Notes: generated by a model not told the origin, from the sequence alone. A DNA stretch of 64,000 nucleotides from Psammoneis japonica (GCA_008632985.1 QPGO01000017.1:682001-746000), one strand, 5' to 3'; counted from the stretch's first letter, positions 13,101-25,340 are shown. Made by a program: numbers and translations.

Positions 13101-16100
13101 AAATGTTCTTGGGGAACAAAGCCACAGTTGCAACAATGAGCCTCAAACACATTCTTGGCCTGGAGAGTCTCATGGGAGTTAAGGTGAGTCTGATGTTGAA
13201 CGTTTGTGCAGCCGGATGTATGATCCACAAAGATGGCACCACCTGAACATTGATGTTTTGTGTCCTCTTTTCCAAAGGCATGCTTCAGACATCCGCGCGT
13301 GGAGCAAACAAAATGATCAACCAACACCTTCTGACCGGGAAAGAGCTGACCTTTCTTCAAAGCTCAAGCTTGATCCTTGACAACACGAGAAGTCTTTCCA
13401 GGGGAATGACGGCGTTTTTGTTTTCCACATTGACATGCGGCACAAAGAGGAGCACAATTGACATGACAAGCCCATTCATGCAGACGACGAGTGGCATCAA
13501 AGTGAGACAAAACCCCCGTCTGCATCAGAAACTGCAAAAGCTTAGATGCCTGAGACAAAAGTGCCAACGTGGCAACTTCTTTTCAGCAGGTGAGAGGTTG
13601 TGATTTCATTCCATTGTTGTCGAAAGCGTCAAATGAAATGCCTCACAAATTTGTTGACTTGCTTGATTTGCACAGGCCCACCCGACAAGCAAGTTGGTTG
13701 AGGGTTCAACCAACACTTCAATGCTGCACCTGGGACCCTGTTCACCACTTTTAGATCCGCTGAGGATCGTGCGGTCCAACAGCAGCTCAATGGACTCATC
13801 TGGGTGTGTCTGTGGGAGACCAGCAGTGCTCAAGAGACAAGCCTTGGACTTCAGGACACAGTGGGCAGGAACCTTCAGGGTGTGAAGAACCCCAGTCACA
13901 TCAACAAAGGACCAACCAATGTGTCCCACACCCGCAATGTGCAGTCCCTTGGCAATGCCTTGGAGCTGGATGGCAACAGGAGGCTTCTTGAGAGGCCCAA
14001 CAAAGTCATCCTTGCAAGGTGAAAACTGATGCACTTGCACCTGAGTCCCAAATCACAGGGAAGGTGTGCTCTTTGGGACTTGTAAATGCCACCTTGAGAG
14101 CACTGGCAACCAACAGGAGAGGTGACGGGATGTCAGCATTGGCCAGGTGAGCCTCAGCTGCTGGAGAGCATGTTGCGTCAAGCTGAAAGCACGTCAAACC
14201 ATGCATCACATTCAAACCAGCAGGGCAACACTTGGGAGTCTTGAGGTTGCAACAACCTCTGTGACAAATGTCGGGACCCCTCTTGAGAGTGGTGCTCTTA
14301 GAATGCTTGGTGCTTTTGGTGGGATGTGCCTCTCCCTCTTGACCAAGGAGAGGACATGCACGGGTGAAGGCAAGTGAGCGCCGCTCAAAGGCCTTGACTT
14401 CCTCACTCAAGTCACACAACTGCCAATGCTGCCGCTGCTTGATGCTGGGCGGCCAGCGGGCTTGCTTGACAAGAGAGGTGTGCACAGGGTGCTCAGGGGA
14501 GGGTTGACACCACCCAGAGCAGGTCCACAGCTCCCACAGATGATGGTGGCCCCAGTGGCAGTGACGCCTGGATAAGTTGGTGCCTTTGCATGCCGCCCAG
14601 CATGGAAGAGGAGGTGGCAGAGGCTCCTGTGAGACTTTGGCATGAGCATCTTGCTCAAACTTAGAAGGCAAGAAGACAGCTGCCAGCAGCATCAAGAACC
14701 AGAGAGCGGGTGGTGGACAGAGACGCCAATGGGATGCGGCATGCAGCACAATGACAGTCATGAACCAAATCAAGGCATCAACACCAACAATCCACCAGTC
14801 AGCTGGGAGCTGTGAGTGCCAACATCCAAAGGTGGCACAGAGCAAAGGGGAGGCAAAAGGATGAAACAAGGTGAGTGCCACCTGAAGCAGTCCAAGAAGC
14901 ACTTGCCCTGTGCCAGGATCTGGGAAGAGAGTGTTGGCTTGCTGAGCAGGCACAGCAGGAGGAGCATCATTCTGCCCATGCTTGGCAGCGCCGTGGGTGG
15001 CAGACCAATGCCGGCACTTGCCACACCACCACCAAGTCTTGCCTTGTGCAACCTTGGACTCAGGTCAACCAGGGTGAGGTGCAATCTTCTTCCAGCTGTG
15101 TGCGATGCCGCTTTTGCTGTTGCTGCCTCAGTTTCCATTGTCACCACAGTCTCCATTGCCACCGGCACAAGTCCTGCCCTGACCACCTCATCCTCCACCA
15201 CTTTGCCCAGAATTGGATCTGCCATGATTGCCTCCAGCACCATCATTGGACTTGTTGGGACAGTTGCACGCCCAATGTCTGAGCTTGCTGCAGATGTGGC
15301 ACTCAGAGTTTTTGGGGGTCTTCTTTCCAGCAGAAGTCTTCTGCTGCTGGAAGAGAGCATCAAACAGGGGCAAGTGGAACACCAACCGTCTGACAAGTGG
15401 CAGCAGGGTCAAGCACTGGGTCTCCAAAGGCTTGGGGAGTGGCCTTGGAGTCCAATGCATGCACTTGACAGGGTCCCACTGTGCATTGTTCTTGAACAAG
15501 CTGCAATGGTCCAGGATCTTGCCGATGACCTGGGAGCAGGCAAGGTTCTTGGATGCAAGGGGCTTCTTTGCATCTGTCTTGGACTTGCGTGCAATCTCAG
15601 CCAATGCTTTGCTCAAGTCTTCCTTCACAGTGTGGAGAGCATGCTTGAACTGCTGACCATTCTCACCATCGCCACCAGCTTCCAAGCATGCGTTGACCAA
15701 GGTAGAGTCAACTTGTTGTCACACTGTCCTGCGACGTCTAACTCTTGAGTGGTGGTCTTGAACCTCGATGGCAATGCAGACAGGTCCTGACTGGCAAACT
15801 GAAAGGGTTTGAGAGCCTCCAACTGTTTCTTGAGTTGCTTGAAGCATTTGATGGATGTGCTCTTCAAGATCATAATGAGAGTGATCCACACCTTTGGAAA
15901 GCAATCAGTCTCCTCCATTTCTGGATCCAGCTGGACTGCTGGACTGGTCTCCAGGGAGTTCTTGAGAAACTCAGGCACGTCCCTGTCATTGGAGGTGTTG
16001 CAAGAATCACACTTGGCAAGTTGAGGTGCAACAAGGCAAACAACGCTCATCTTGAAGCACTGAGGGTGTCCTTCAATGCAGCATGTCATCTCAGTTGGGT

Positions 16101-16986
16101 CCTTGGGATCCACTGGGCAAGTCATGGCACCCAAACTGCAGTCCTTGAGATGCTTCATGACATTCTTCTCAAAAGTTGCAAGGTCTCCCTTTTTCTTAAA
16201 CTTGGCAGAGAGTTTAGATGCATGCCAGGCCTTGCTCTTTTGGGCAGAAGAGACATGGTGAGAGTGGCGCTGATTCGGGACGTTGGATTGGGGGTGGCAG
16301 ACGGGTCCAGCCAGGACCAATCAGCCTTGGGTTTCCCACCAGTCCAATCCACTTTTTCAGTGGTGCCAACAGAGGCAACTCCCCCCATCTTGGGAGCCTT
16401 TGGCTTGCGGACTTTTGTCTTTGGTGTTGCTGCAGCTGCCATTGCAGCCATGGCCTGAAGGGCACAATGTTCATTGTCCGTCATGCCATTGCCTGCGACA
16501 GACTCATCATCAGAATCGTCCGGACAATGTCCCAGATCTGGAACAGACTCATTGTCCAAATTGTTGGGGTCTTGAGGAAGTGGATTATCTTCTGGCAGAG
16601 GTTGTTCCTCAAGCAGCAGGTTTTCAAAGTTCTCGGGGTCCTCAGCCATGTCCGACAGTGTGCTTGAAGCTGTCAAGTCGGACCAGTCATTGGGGACGTT
16701 CTCAATCAAAGAGTGCAAGCTTTGAGAACTCTCTTGGGTCTCAGGAGGGCCACGGGGTGGAGTGGGGCCTGAGATGGTGCACGTGCAAAATCAACAGCAA
16801 ACCTTCTGGAAGGACCAGGTCTTCAGCTGACGGAGTCAGGCGCAGCACTTGACATCAAGAGCGCGGAGCGTGGCTGGAGGGCAGCGCTGCCACTGGTGTC
16901 AAAGCCGCAGACAGTTGCTCCAGTCTGGGCATCCCCAAATGGAATCAAAGGAAGGTGTTGAGTTTCCCCAATTGGGCGAACTGACC

Positions 16987-17388
16987 AGTTGAAGCTTGCA
17001 CGTGCGCTGAGCTCCGAGTGCCTTCCCAACGAATCGACCGGATGTCCACTCCAGACCGACACCTCAGGCAGAACACAAGCAGAGGGCATCTGCCAATGAG
17101 CAGCAATGAGTGTCCAGTCAAACAGTCTTCACAAAACCACCAGTGACCAAATTGTAAAAGCTGCCCAGACTGAATCTGGTGAATGCACCAAATTTGGGTT
17201 CATCCATGCACTTGTGCTGCTGGAGACTGGCACAAGCTTCAGGGTCAACCACTTCCACAACAATCATCCAAGTGCTGCTGAACCAATCTGTGGTTGGTCC
17301 AACATCCATGCGATGCCTGTGATCCCCAAAGCAGCGTCTATGATCCTCAAAGCACGCAGCTTCTGAATCGAGTCGACGTGGCGCAAAA
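16987..17388 (-). repeat. 5' LTR (partial) of the same copia
   Basis: Direct repeat of ~9715-10105. A TGG PBS-like sequence is adjacent on the minus strand. Homology stops abruptly in an A-run at ~17388. Confidence 0.7.
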
Positions 17389-17391
17389 CAC

Positions 17392-17489
17392 TCTCCATCG
17401 TGAGTCTGTGGATGGACCGGGGCCGGTGTGCGAAGCGCGCGCGGTGCGGTCGGTGCATCGCATGCGGCATCATAGACTCACGATGGAGA
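17392..17489. repeat. 19-bp inverted repeat (candidate Helitron subterminal stem-loop)
   Basis: tctccatcgtgagtctgtg ... catagactcacgatggaga; one mismatch, at a TA/TG site. Confidence 0.8.
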
Positions 17490-18047
17490 CGAGAGTGTGC
17501 AGTGGGCCGGCGCGAAAAGAAATGGAGAATTGGTTCCTCCTCTTTTAGGTGGAACTCTCTAGATTGAAGTCTGAAACCGAAAGATTTTGGATTGCCGCCC
17601 TTGCTGCCATCAGAAAATAGAGCCATGACGATTGCCTGCACCAATCATTTTGCTGCATTTTGCGCCGGGCACTCGAATTAATCACAACATGTGACGGTTG
17701 TTTCGGTGCGCACTTTTGCGCGACCCACGCGACATGACTGACACGCGCCAGTGCGTGGTGCTGGTTGTTTTGCTTCTGACCGTTCTGTCTTCTGTGAGGT
17801 TTCATGAGGCTGTCTGTGTGCATTGATGTTGTCTAGTTGTGCATGTTGATGTTGTCCAAGGCAAGCTGCGTTGGATTAAGTGAGTGTGGAAATGTACGAA
17901 ATTTACGCATTGTTGCAGTTTCTTTGCCAAATGGTTGGTCCTCATTTGTGGCCACACTCAATCCGCGGCGGCTTGAGTGAAAGTCCATGTGCATGCATTT
18001 TGCGCATTGATGCGGTTGTCTTTGCTAAACAGCCATTTGCAATTTGC

Positions 18048-18518
18048 TCAATTCCATTCTTTCTGGCCATGCTTCTTCTGAAGGGACTTTGCTTGCTCCT
18101 TCTCCTGCTCCGCCATCTCCTCCTCGGTGAAAAATCTCCCCGACCGCTGTGGAATCACTGCTGCACATGCAGCCTTTAGCTCCTCCATGGTTGAATCATC
18201 CTTGGGCGCGACTGTTGTTTCCACATGATGACTGTCCACTGTCGTGTTGTCTTGCACAAGCACAGAAGTGACATCAAAATTTCCCAAAGCAAGGTCAAAC
18301 GCCGCTCTTGCTTCTTCCAAGGTAATCTCCTCTTCGTCTTCCTTGTTCATCAATGACTGAAGAAGTTCCGCATGTGTCTGCACCTTTTTCTTGTCCTCAC
18401 CAGTTTTCTTTGGCTCATCTGCCTTCTTTGTTTGTTGTTGCAAATCCATGTTTTCTCCATTGCTACGTTTTCTGTGACGGTTGCGTTCGCGTTTCTTGGT
18501 TTGTTGGTTAAAATCCAT
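18048..18518 (-). CDS. Hypothetical charged protein downstream of RepHel
   Basis: 156-aa ATG ORF rich in K/E/Q; no recognisable domain. Confidence 0.35.
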   Translation of the reverse strand: MDFNQQTKKRERNRHRKRSNGENMDLQQQTKKADEPKKTGEDKKKVQTHAELLQSLMNKEDEEEITLEEARAAFDLALGNFDVTSVLVQDNTTVDSHHVETTVAPKDDSTMEELKAACAAVIPQRSGRFFTEEEMAEQEKEQAKSLQKKHGQKEWN

Positions 18519-18664
18519 TCGACGTTGTGTGACGTGTGTGTAGATTTCTGCGCAATGTGCTGATCTAATCGAAACATTTTATTTTACGAAATTTCCGCAT
18601 TTTTACGGTTGGGGTCGCCAAACAGTTGTGCAGTGGTTGAGCATCCTAATCTCATGTTTGCGTG

Positions 18665-21600
18665 CTACATTGACATTTCTGCGTGCTGTTGCTGAGAAAA
18701 ATGCGTGGCGCTTCTCTCCTTCATGAGTCTCATCAAGGCTTCGTGGCCTTCTGGGACCTTGCATTTTTGCAGGTCCTTGCTTGGTGGCTTTTGCATGAAC
18801 AGCCCTTCTCTGGTCTTTACTCTGGAGAGCACAACATGCACCCAATTCTGAGGTAGCTCCAAGAGTGTACAAANNNNNNNNNNNNNNNNNNNNNNNNNNN
18901 NNNNNNNNNNNNNNNNNNNNNNNNNNNNNNNNNNNNNNNNNNNNNNNNNNNNNNNNNNNNNNNNNNNNNNNNNNNNNNNNNNNNNNNNNNNNNNNNNNNN
19001 NNNNNNNNNNNNNNNNNNNNNNNNNNNNNNNNNNNNNNNNNNNNNNNNNNNNNNNNNNNNNNNNNNNNNNNNNNNNNNNNNNNNNNNNNNNNNNNNNNNN
19101 NNNNNNNNNNNNNNNNNNNNNNNNNNNNNNNNNNNNNNNNNNNNNNNNNNNNNNNNNNNNNNNNNNNNNNNNNNNNNNGACCTTGTCAACAGTGGCTTGC
19201 GTTCCGTTTGCTTGACCGTTTGCGGCATTTTCGTTGAAAGGTGTCATGACTCTGCATCCTCTGTAAATTCGTAAGACTGGATCCATTCTTCCTGATTGCA
19301 TGACAACGTCTCCTTCACCACAGTTGTTCCAGAAGCTGTTGTAAACCGGAAATGGTTGGTAGAGTCTCGTGCCATTCTGCACCTGCAAGTCGTCACTGAA
19401 AATCAACATTGAGTCAAGGATGTCTCCATCTCTTCTGTGCAGTGTTTTTACTCTTTTTTCGAATGGGCCAGTGCCAATTGCATCTCTGTCCTTATTTGCG
19501 TGCATGGCACAGCGGAGGTCACTGGGCAGATCATCTTCGTTCTGAACTACTCGTTCGTTGATGTGCTCCACATCGTCAACTGCAATCTCACCAGTGCGGA
19601 ATCTCTTGAGCAGTTTTCCCCATGATGGATCGTCTTTAAACCTGTGCACACCACGAAGTTCCATGCAGCAGTTGATCCACTCGTGAAACTCGGGACATGC
19701 ATCTTTGCATGGTGGTTTCACTCCTTTTCCGACTGGTTCTAGTTGCCTGAGGTCACCTGCGAAAACAATGTTCACACTGCCGTGCGGCTTGCTCAATTCA
19801 CTCTTCAACACTGTCAAATTCTCATGGAGTTTTTCTAGTTCTCTCTTGCTTGCAAAAGAAATCTTGTCTGCCACCAAAAGTCTCGTGTCTGACCATGCTT
19901 CAATTTGCTCTTCGGTCATTTGCTTTCTTCTCATGAGGCATGCAACTCGGTGGATTGTGCCCCCTTTGAGAATGGTGGCAGCCACTCCGGTCAGTGCAGT
20001 TGTTCTGATTGTGCTTGTTGTGAACGGCTGCTCAACAAGCGAGCAACACTCTCTTCCGTGTTCCACGACGAGGTCTGTTGTGGTTGATTTGCCACTTCCA
20101 CCTGCACCATGTAAAAAACACACAAGTTGCAATGTTCTGCGTCTTTGCACTTCCACGAGTTTCTTCAATCGGCAAAGGTTTGTTGCGAATTCATGTCTGC
20201 CATTTCTCCTGTCAAGTCCATTGCGTGACGTCTCGTCTTGAAGAGCGTCTTGACAGCAAGTGAGCACAAAGGTTCCTGCTAGAATTTCAAAGGCACGCTG
20301 CTGTTGCCCATCCAGTCTTGCTTTCCTGGCCCAGTCTACGACACTTGCTGCAGATCCGTTTGCTTGACGCACATCGACGTGTTCTTCCAAACCTGTTGTG
20401 TCCTCAAACGACCTTCTTGTTCTTTGCGTTCTAGTCAGTGTCACTCGAACAACATCGTCTCTTGACAGTGGTCTGCTGTGGATGTGTTGTTGCACTCCTT
20501 CATTCTGGTCTTCCTTGTCGGTGTCATCGCCGCCCTCTAGATTCTCAAAAAGTTGTCATTCATTGACCTGGCTTTCCTCGTTTGGTGGGTCAGTGTGCAT
20601 GTCTGCCAAGCATTTGCAACCACCCATGTGTGAACCTTTCTGTCTTGCACGTTTGCCACTCAAATGCGCAGGAACAACTGCTTGGTCGCTCAACCCAATG
20701 TCATCGTCTTCTGGCTGCTCTGCCATTTCTTCCAAGAGTGCATCCAGCAGTTGACCCTGAACGGCGCCTGAAAGACCTTCTTCCTCGTCACTTTCGCAAC
20801 AGTCAAACGCAACGTCAGCAGGTCTAAATTGCTCTGTTTTTCTTTGCAGATCGTCAGATGTACTTTTGAGACGAAGGCAGTTGGACTTGGCATCCTGCAG
20901 GTTCTGCAAGAAGTTCAAGTTTTCCTCTGCAATGACACCGGCTGCTGCGGAGAGTTGGAATTCACGCAGGCATGTGTGGGTTGTTGGTTTGAGTTCCGTC
21001 ATTGTTCTGTAAGGCGCAAACAAGGCCAATGCCAACTTGCAGCACAATTCTTTGTCCAGTGTTGTTGGTTGCTGCGGGTTCACAAGGCAACTGCCAAACT
21101 TGGCTGCATCAGGAAAATCACACTGAAGCACTTTTAACAATCGCGGTTGCTGTCGCTGTCTGACACCTTGAAGAAACTCATTCTTTGTTGAATCACAAGA
21201 CGGGTGCCTGTGCGCTCTGTCATCGAACATCATCATGCCGTGTTCGTTTTTCCTTGTGTTGCGAAGAACTTCGCACTCACTAAAAAACGCAAACGGACTG
21301 AGATTCTCCAGTGCTGTTGGACGACGCAGGCAGTGCAAGGCCTGGCATTGGAAGAACGGTGTGTCGCCAAAACAGGCTACAGTCGCAGACACTTCGTCTC
21401 TTTCTAGTGTGCTGATAATGTCTTTCAAGGGGCACCATGCGGTCAAATGAGATTCGATGAAACGGCTTCCGTTCCTTGTCATGTAAGACGCAAGTGGTGG
21501 TCCAATGACGTTCGTCTTGTCATGCGAGCAAGCACCCCACATGAGACGTCTGATTGCTTCCGATGCATCAGATGCGTGTTTCCGTAATTCCGTCGCTATC

Positions 21601-24314
21601 CTGTTCGTAGTTCGAAGCACTTCGTCGTACGATGCAGCATCATCTTTCTGGGTGTCTTTTAGGATGTGCTCAATCGTGTGTTGAGCAGACGGTCCAGGCA
21701 TCAACAAAGCAATGTTTGTGTTGCATGTCAGTTTTGATCTGCTTGTTGCAGGGCACGACACATTTTGAAAAGCATCGCACTTTCTCCTCTTCGGAACAAC
21801 TTCCTTCACGTGCCGACACGCAAAAGTCCCATCCCAGCTGAACCACTTTATCTGAGTGTCATCTGCGTTCCTTGCCAAATTGTTTGGACACGAAGCAGCT
21901 GGTTGCCTGTGACGGCAGTCACCTAGTTTGAGCTCCTCTCATTTCCTTTTCCTTGACAGCGCGTCCAGTTCCTCGTGTGGGGTTTTTTTACGCATTTTAC
22001 GTAACTCCGCGCATTTGGGAAAACACGACTTCGTAACGTGCATGTGATGGTTGTAAGCTGCGTCCGGCACATGTGCCTCTATTGTCCCTTGCGGACCACT
22101 TCGCTGGCATTGTACACACATTGCTTTTAGTCGCTTTGCATGGTCATCTGGATGGCAAGTCAGGCCAGGTGCACGGTGCCGTGACTGTAAAAAGCTTTCT
22201 ACAAACTCGACGTTTGTCCAGTGCTTGGTGCAGTGACCACAACAAGCAAACATTCCGTTCTTCGACTGCTGGCCGTCTTCATGCCTCAGGTTTCTTAGCT
22301 GTTGGTCGTCCACTGCTTTTGGAGAGGTGCGATGCATTTTTGGCACTGTGCAGTCATGATCGAATGCTTCGCGCAACGCGTTGGGGCTGAAGTCCTCGCT
22401 GCAGATTAATTCCGTGCTGCAGATCTTCTGAACTGTGTTGGCAAGGTACTCAGCACCTTCGCGTCGGATCTGTCTCATTGGCGAATGCAGTTTCTCTCTT
22501 GCATTGTTGATCGATGCAAACCAGATCTGCATGTGTCCGTGTGCTGTTGGACGTCCCTGCTCCTCAACTGCGGCTAAAAATGCGGCTGGCCTGCCAATGT
22601 AGAAGTTAAAGTTTTCTCTTGGTTGGTTGGCACTCAGATCCCAACCCACTGCCTCTTCCATTGCAATGTCAAACAAGCACTCGAGTGCAAAGGCTGTTAG
22701 ACCGGGAAACTTTAGACGTGGTTCATTACGTTGCTTGGCCCTGCCAGCAAGAATTTCGTCCGTCAGTTGTGTCACGTCTTCGTTTGGGTCCAGGATGACA
22801 CCCGAGTGCAGTTGCACAAGAAACGAATTTGCATCGTCCGGACTGACGGTTAAGAAAATGCCACCCTGACCAAAATGATGCTGACAAGTTTCGGCGTTTC
22901 TCCTCATTTTCTTTGCTGCTTCGTCACTGTGTGGCAGAGACGCAGATGCAACGTCGAGTGTGCGCAAAAAGTGGTGCCCGAGTCCACAATCTCTTCTCTC
23001 GCCCAAGTTGCGATCACAAACAGCTCCATCCACATCGTCCACTGTCAGTTTGTTTGCAAACTGTGCAGCCTGATTCTTGTCCCTGACTTTCCACCCTGCG
23101 CTCTGTGGCATCCTTTGCTTCATTGTCAAGTTGCAGCATGTTAACACGAAGAGCTGCTCGTGGAAGTGAGGCTGGGAAATCCGTGCCAAGTGGTCGGCAC
23201 AGTGTGCAAGGTTGGTGCTGTCTGTGAGACTTCCGTCTTTCTTCACTCTCGTCTCATTGATTCCTCCTCTGCCAAAAGGAAACTGCAGCAGACACGCGTT
23301 GATGAAGTTGTTGCCTTTGAAATCACTCGCAGATTCTTTGGACAACTGTGCTTGCACCTCTAAATCAAATCCGTTGGCAGCAGCTTCGTGCACAAGATCT
23401 TTGAAGCAGTCCAGGTTGCGCTGACCACCGGTCGCAGGAGACATGGTTCCATCAGGAAAGCAAACACGAAATGACTCTGAGGTCTCAATGTTCGCATTTT
23501 CTCCTTCTTCTTCGCCGGTGCTGTCGACAAGTGCGGGATTCCACAGATTACGCCTGGCTTCGTCTAGATTTGTCTGTTGGCACACCCACTCTTGGTCATG
23601 GCACAACAGCCATTCCATCGCCCTCAGCATGCAGTGCGTCCTAATTCTGTTCTTTGAACGCGCAAGTTGTCTTTGCTCCGGAGTCATCTTTCCAGTCATC
23701 AGTGCAATCACATTCTGATGTAAATTCAGTGCATCGAAGTGCACAACAGTTCTTACGATGCTTTGTGTCTTGACTTTGTAGCGTGTCAGACTTCCCTGAA
23801 GCTTCTTCTGTTTGCCGCCAAAGTGACTGAAGCAGCACCCGCATGTTTTCACTGGTGTGAGCATTGCCAACTCCACTTCGGTTGGAGACAACAGTTCGTG
23901 CGGCGGGGTGCCGAAACAGCAGTTGTTCGCTGTCGCGCACATTGGCACAACGGCTCTTCCCAGGCTTCTTTGGCATTCGCTGCAGCAAGTGAATCCATTG
24001 ACGCATCGTCTGTCTTCCTGTGCTGCGCATTGGGCGCGGGGAGAAAGCAGCAGGTCTTTGATCCAATCAGCATCTTCATGCTCTACAGTGCAGCAGGACT
24101 TGAAACGATCAGACACGCTGTTCCAGTCTGAAGGGGTGAGTGAGTTTCTTGCTGATTCCAATGTTTCGAGCAGCAAGCAGCAAACTTCTCTGGGTTTCAG
24201 CAGAACGTCACAGACTGAACATGCGTGTGGTCTAAATTCTCTGTCTCCATGCAGACAAAGCATCTCAAACTTTCCATTGATTGCGTTGCAAACACGGGAG
24301 TTGGCCTCATCCAT
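18665..24314 (-). pseudogene. Helitron RepHel (HUH Rep + PIF1-family SF1 helicase), ~1880 codons with two in-frame TGA stops and an N gap
   Basis: ORFs 24314-21939, 21878-20556 and 20495-> are in one frame, separated by single TGA codons (likely CGA->TGA). N-terminal CxxC..P..ANN..G..P.EL..TEVE segment, LQFPFGRGG; Rep motifs FLTVSPDD, VEEQGRPTAHGHMQIW, QHTIEHILK (cf. YxxxY). Helicase motifs GAGGSGKST, LLVADKISF, FAGDLRQLEPV, VHRFKDDP, NGQANGT and, after the gap, WVHVVLSRVKT. Confidence 0.92.
18874..19178. other. Assembly gap (305 N)
   Basis: Run of n inside the helicase. Confidence 1.
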
Positions 24315-24399
24315 TTTAATTTAAGCTGACACTTTGACTCGACAAATTTCAAGAAGTCACTCAGCAAAAACAGTTGTTTTTTCGGTGCGATCACCGTGA

Positions 24400-25082
24400 A
24401 GCTGCGATCGGTGCCATCCAATCACCACAGCGATGTGTGTTTTCTCGCCACCTGCAGCACTGCGACTGGTGTCGTCCAGTCACCACAGTGGTTCTGTCCA
24501 GTTGATCAACGAACCGCGTCGGTGCTGCCCGCTCACCGTAGCACTGTGTCGTCTTCTCACAACCTGTGCAATCAGGTCGCTGTGAGCACTGCGACTGGTG
24601 CTGTCCAGTCACCGCAGCCGAGTTAATCAGTTGCTTGACGAACTGCGTCGGTGCCACCCGATCACCGCAGTGTTGTGTCGTGTTCTCACAACCTGTGCGA
24701 TCAGGTCTCTGTGAGAGCTGCGACTGGTGTCGTCCAGTCACCGCAGCTGAGCTTGTGCGTTGTCTCACAACCCACGTTGCGAGGTGCAGCGCTGTGTTGT
24801 TTGCTCACAACCTGTGCAATCAGGTCGCTGTGAGAGCTGCGACTGGTGTCGTCCAGTCACCGCAGCCAAGTGAATTAGTTGCTTGACGAACTGCGTCGGT
24901 GCCATCCGATCACCGCAGTGTTGTGTCGTGTTCTCACAACCTGTGCGACCAGGTCTCTGTGAGAGCTGCGACTGGTGTCGCCCAGTCACCGCAGCTGAGC
25001 TTGTGCATTGTCTCACAACCTGCGTTGCCAGGTCACTGTGAGAACTGAGAACTGCGATCGGTGTGGCCCAATCACCGCAGTT
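24400..25082. repeat. Tandem array of ~129-bp units built from three imperfect hairpins, upstream of RepHel
   Basis: ctgcgactggtg starts at 24460, 24589, 24718, 24837 and 24966 (spacings 129/129/119/129). Confidence 0.9.
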
Positions 25083-25236
25083 GGATGCTTTTCGTTTCCC
25101 TTTGCGCAAAGGTTCTGTCACAAAAAAGTGAGACGAAAGTGTGCCTCTTTCACCTCGACGGAAGAGTGACGTGTGCGTTCCTCCCACGTCCTTCTTCGTA
25201 CCAGACGTGCGACATCCCACTTAGTTTCGTCGACGT

Positions 25237-25340
25237 TGAACATCCCATGGGATGAGATTTGGATCTTGTTCAAGTTGTTTCGACCATCTGCTCTGAACAT
25301 TCCATGGGGTAAGATTCGGATCTTGTTCAAGTTGTTTCGG
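25237..25340. repeat. Two-copy 57-bp tandem repeat with internal palindromes
   Basis: tgaacat.ccatggg.t.agatt.ggatcttgttcaagttgtttcg at 25237 and 25294. Confidence 0.85.

Larger units (their letters stand above)
9715..17388 (-). mobile_element. Degenerate Ty1/copia LTR retrotransposon (CoDi-like); its 5' LTR is truncated at 17388
   Basis: Gag zinc knuckle CHICSKLRHWACNC (~15290); protease VIWDSGAS (~14050); integrase CAACQCGKQ, GGAIFVDH, SDNG, HWP..LWPLAVDHA; RT LPGAWVF..KCKA, KSLHGL..APKLW, CLCIND (cf. CLYVDD); RNase H DQLADFLTKPL. The PR-IN-RT-RH order is copia. PPT GAGAGGGAGAG on the minus strand at ~10190-10200. Confidence 0.85.

Noticed and set aside
14816..16852. Long plus-strand ORFs (310, 237 and 189 aa)
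   Set aside because: Antisense shadows of the copia gag region.
24400..25082. CRISPR array or integron attC cassette array
   Set aside because: The inter-repeat sequences are themselves repeated rather than unique spacers or cassettes; there are no cas or integrase genes; the context is eukaryotic.
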